Shown here piece after piece: positions 58,039 to 60,043 of a stretch of DNA of 60,043 nt (positions within the stretch are counted from its first letter, which is position 1; each line of letters starts with the position of its first letter). The notes beneath the pieces are model-generated. The model ran no database searches. It saw only the letters and a list, made by a program, of their open reading frames with translations, and had not been told where the DNA came from. A program made the translations under genes and the position numbers. Origin of the DNA: Candidatus Nomurabacteria bacterium (lineage in GTDB: Bacteria; Patescibacteriota; Minisyncoccia; Phycocordibacterales; UBA9973); NCBI GenBank assembly GCA_943350445.1, contig CALRAE010000004.1, forward strand, positions 1 to 60,043, read 5' to 3'.

Positions 58039-58545
58039 TTAGTTGCTCTTCTCCTTACTCATACCCTTAGCGAATGAATCGGGGGCGGAGGTGGTCTTGG
58101 TGCCTTTGGGTAAAGTTACAGCGTTTACTTTTGGTTTAGTTTGTGGTATAATGGGGGATATGATATTTTTAGTAACAGTTGTAGCAGTAGTCTTAATAGG
58201 GATAGCTTGGGATTCTTTTACTGGAAGACGTTGAAATGGTTTTTCATCTGGCAATCTTTGTGCTGGTAATTTAGGAGGAATATAATTACTTTCTTTAGGA
58301 TTTGGATATGATTTTCCTACTGGTAATTTAGGAGGAGTATAACTAGCTGTTTTACTTAATAATTCATTTACTTTCTTTAATACTTCAGGGTTATCAGTTA
58401 AATCACTAACCATTCTCATTTTTAAAGCACTACCAAGTTGATTATTTGTTATTATATCTGCAATTTGAGCACCAACTTCTTGACCAACTAGCCCTGTAAA
58501 AAATCCTCCAGTAGAACCTACTACTCCACCAATGACTCTACCGCC
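58039..58545 (-). pseudogene. Start-less 3' fragment of an unrelated gene with a duplicated Y(T/I)PPKLP motif
   Basis: Open frame joined out of frame to the upstream gene; A/T-ending codons. Confidence 0.4.
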
Positions 58546-58796
58546 CAGCCAATGTTTGAAGACCAAGCATAACCTGCTAGGGTGCCATCAGCATTTTTAT
58601 TCACACCATAATTAGATGTTGCTGGTTGGATGCCAGGGGTACTCGGGTCTTGATCATCAGTAGAATTGAAACTAATCCAACCGATATTCTCTGACCAAGC
58701 CCAACCGGACATGTTGTGTGCACTCCCTGCCAAAGCCACAAAAGACGAAAGGAGGAATGCGAGTGTAAAAAATATTTTTAAAAAAGATTTTTTCAT
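58521..58796 (-). pseudogene. Truncated secreted protein with GWAWS.NIGWISF repeats
   Basis: Signal peptide; second repeat breaks at NIGW and stops 7 codons later. Confidence 0.6.
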
Positions 58797-58930
58797 CCCG
58801 TATTTAGAAGCAGATCGCGACTAGCTCGCGCGTCTGATATTTTATCTTGTTAATTTTTTTAATGCCTGATTTCATATCTTTATATTTAACTTTTTTCGCA
58901 AGAACGGTTCTTGCGAAACTCCTTTAGCCC

Positions 58931-60043
58931 TTATAGCCCTACAAATTTGAAACCGGTTTGATTGCTCAAATTTCCTTTTGTTGTACAAGACGCCATTGCG
59001 GCAGAATAAGAGTCAGAAGTATGATCGGTACTTATATAAGCGCCGGTAGTTGGGTGAAAAGAAATCGTCTGATGCCCTCCGCCGACATCAGCAAAAGTAG
59101 CATATGCAAGTCGTCCCGGAGATCCCCACGATACAGTGCTTACCCCTAAAGCATAGAGGACGATCTTACTCTCTCCCGCCTGACAAAGAATCGCATCTGG
59201 AATATTTGCTCCGAGCATGCCTGAGCCGGTAGCCCCAGCCCCCCAGCCCACCCTACCTGTACCACCAGTACTACACCCAACCACCCTACTGATCACAAAA
59301 CCTCCGCCGCCGCCATTCCCCCCAGAAGTATTCCCGGTATTACCATTAGATATACCACCATCACCACCCTTACCCACGTTAGATGTTGTATTAGGAGCCA
59401 ATGGACCTGGAGCAGAAGCTTGATAATAACCCGCTGCCGGTCCGTCATTTCCAGGAAGTGTTTCTGAGCCTGTACCCACAACCCCTCCTGTGCCTCCGTA
59501 TGGAGCTGGCCCACCAGGACCACCACCCCCGCCTTTTGCAACAACCCTCATTGAACCATTAAGAGTAAATATAGTATCGGAACCATTACCACCAGCAGCA
59601 CCTCCTTGATGCCAACCACCACCAACGGCCCCACCTGCACCACCTGCACCAACAGTTACAGAATATGAAGTTCCTGGAGACACTGTAAATACTGAGGAGC
59701 TATAACCCCCTGAACCGCCGCCGCCGCCAGAATTTGTGTTATCCACCATACCTCCTCCTCCACCACCCCCTCCACCCCATGCCTCAACTTTTACAGAAGT
59801 AACTCCGGAAGGAGCTGTCCAAGAAGTGCCGTTTGTAATAGTAGATATAACTGTATAGGTCGGGGTACACGAAGGTACTACCCACCCCACCCTTCCCGTA
59901 TTCTCACCAATAGCAGTAAGGACAGACCCAGCAGGTATACCAGTAACAGTCCCATCAGACTTTGTCACTGTCAGATCTGGAGTAATCAATCTCATTAGAG
60001 TAAGTATGCCTGACTTTATTTGAGGATATGATGCAACACCTAC
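58931..60043 (-). CDS. 3' part of a large glycine-rich-domain protein starting beyond the window
   Basis: WTAPSGVTSVKVEAWGGGGGGG, YSVTVGAGG motifs; frame open to the window edge. Confidence 0.8.
   Translation of the reverse strand, partial: VGVASYPQIKSGILTLMRLITPDLTVTKSDGTVTGIPAGSVLTAIGENTGRVGWVVPSCTPTYTVISTITNGTSWTAPSGVTSVKVEAWGGGGGGGGGMVDNTNSGGGGGSGGYSSSVFTVSPGTSYSVTVGAGGAGGAVGGGWHQGGAAGGNGSDTIFTLNGSMRVVAKGGGGGPGGPAPYGGTGGVVGTGSETLPGNDGPAAGYYQASAPGPLAPNTTSNVGKGGDGGISNGNTGNTSGGNGGGGGFVISRVVGCSTGGTGRVGWGAGATGSGMLGANIPDAILCQAGESKIVLYALGVSTVSWGSPGRLAYATFADVGGGHQTISFHPTTGAYISTDHTSDSYSAAMASCTTKGNLSNQTGFKFVGL

Noticed and set aside
58901-58911. GAAC-g-GTTC as a LexA box
   Set aside because: The spacer is 1 nt, not 4; it belongs to the short palindrome family
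1-60043. CRISPR array, IS transposase, integrase, reverse transcriptase or rRNA
   Set aside because: No regularly spaced repeat-spacer series and no ORF with such motifs was seen

Overview
Chromosomal, origin-proximal window from a small-genome, AT-rich bacterium. Gene content and style point to Patescibacteria/CPR, probably Parcubacteria (inference only). It holds housekeeping genes (nusA, tig, clpP, rny, HU, lexA, metK, pnp, rpsO, xth, CCA enzyme, pcrA, rsmA, jag-yidC-yidD-rnpA-rpmH, dnaA-dnaN with oriC, PBP1A, tyrS, ruvC, ruvB), four tRNAs, a decaying argH plus amidohydrolase pair, and a VirB4/PrgI/VirB6/pilin secretion-like cluster. The main unexplained signals: (1) an orphan PemK/MazF-like gene faced by a convergent promoter that predicts an ~80-nt RNA with three tetraloop hairpins (candidate RNA antitoxin), the unit flanked by a 14-bp direct repeat; (2) long hairpin elements with unrelated arms but conserved, covarying, apparently circularly permuted cores, found between genes and inserted in-frame in pcrA, rsmA, the CCA enzyme and comM; (3) a parS cluster with three sites at 27-bp spacing written into the CCA-enzyme reading frame; (4) widespread leaderless promoter architecture; (5) a 6S-like RNA candidate and an unannotated acidic microprotein near ruvC. 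All calls are by eye; no searches were run.
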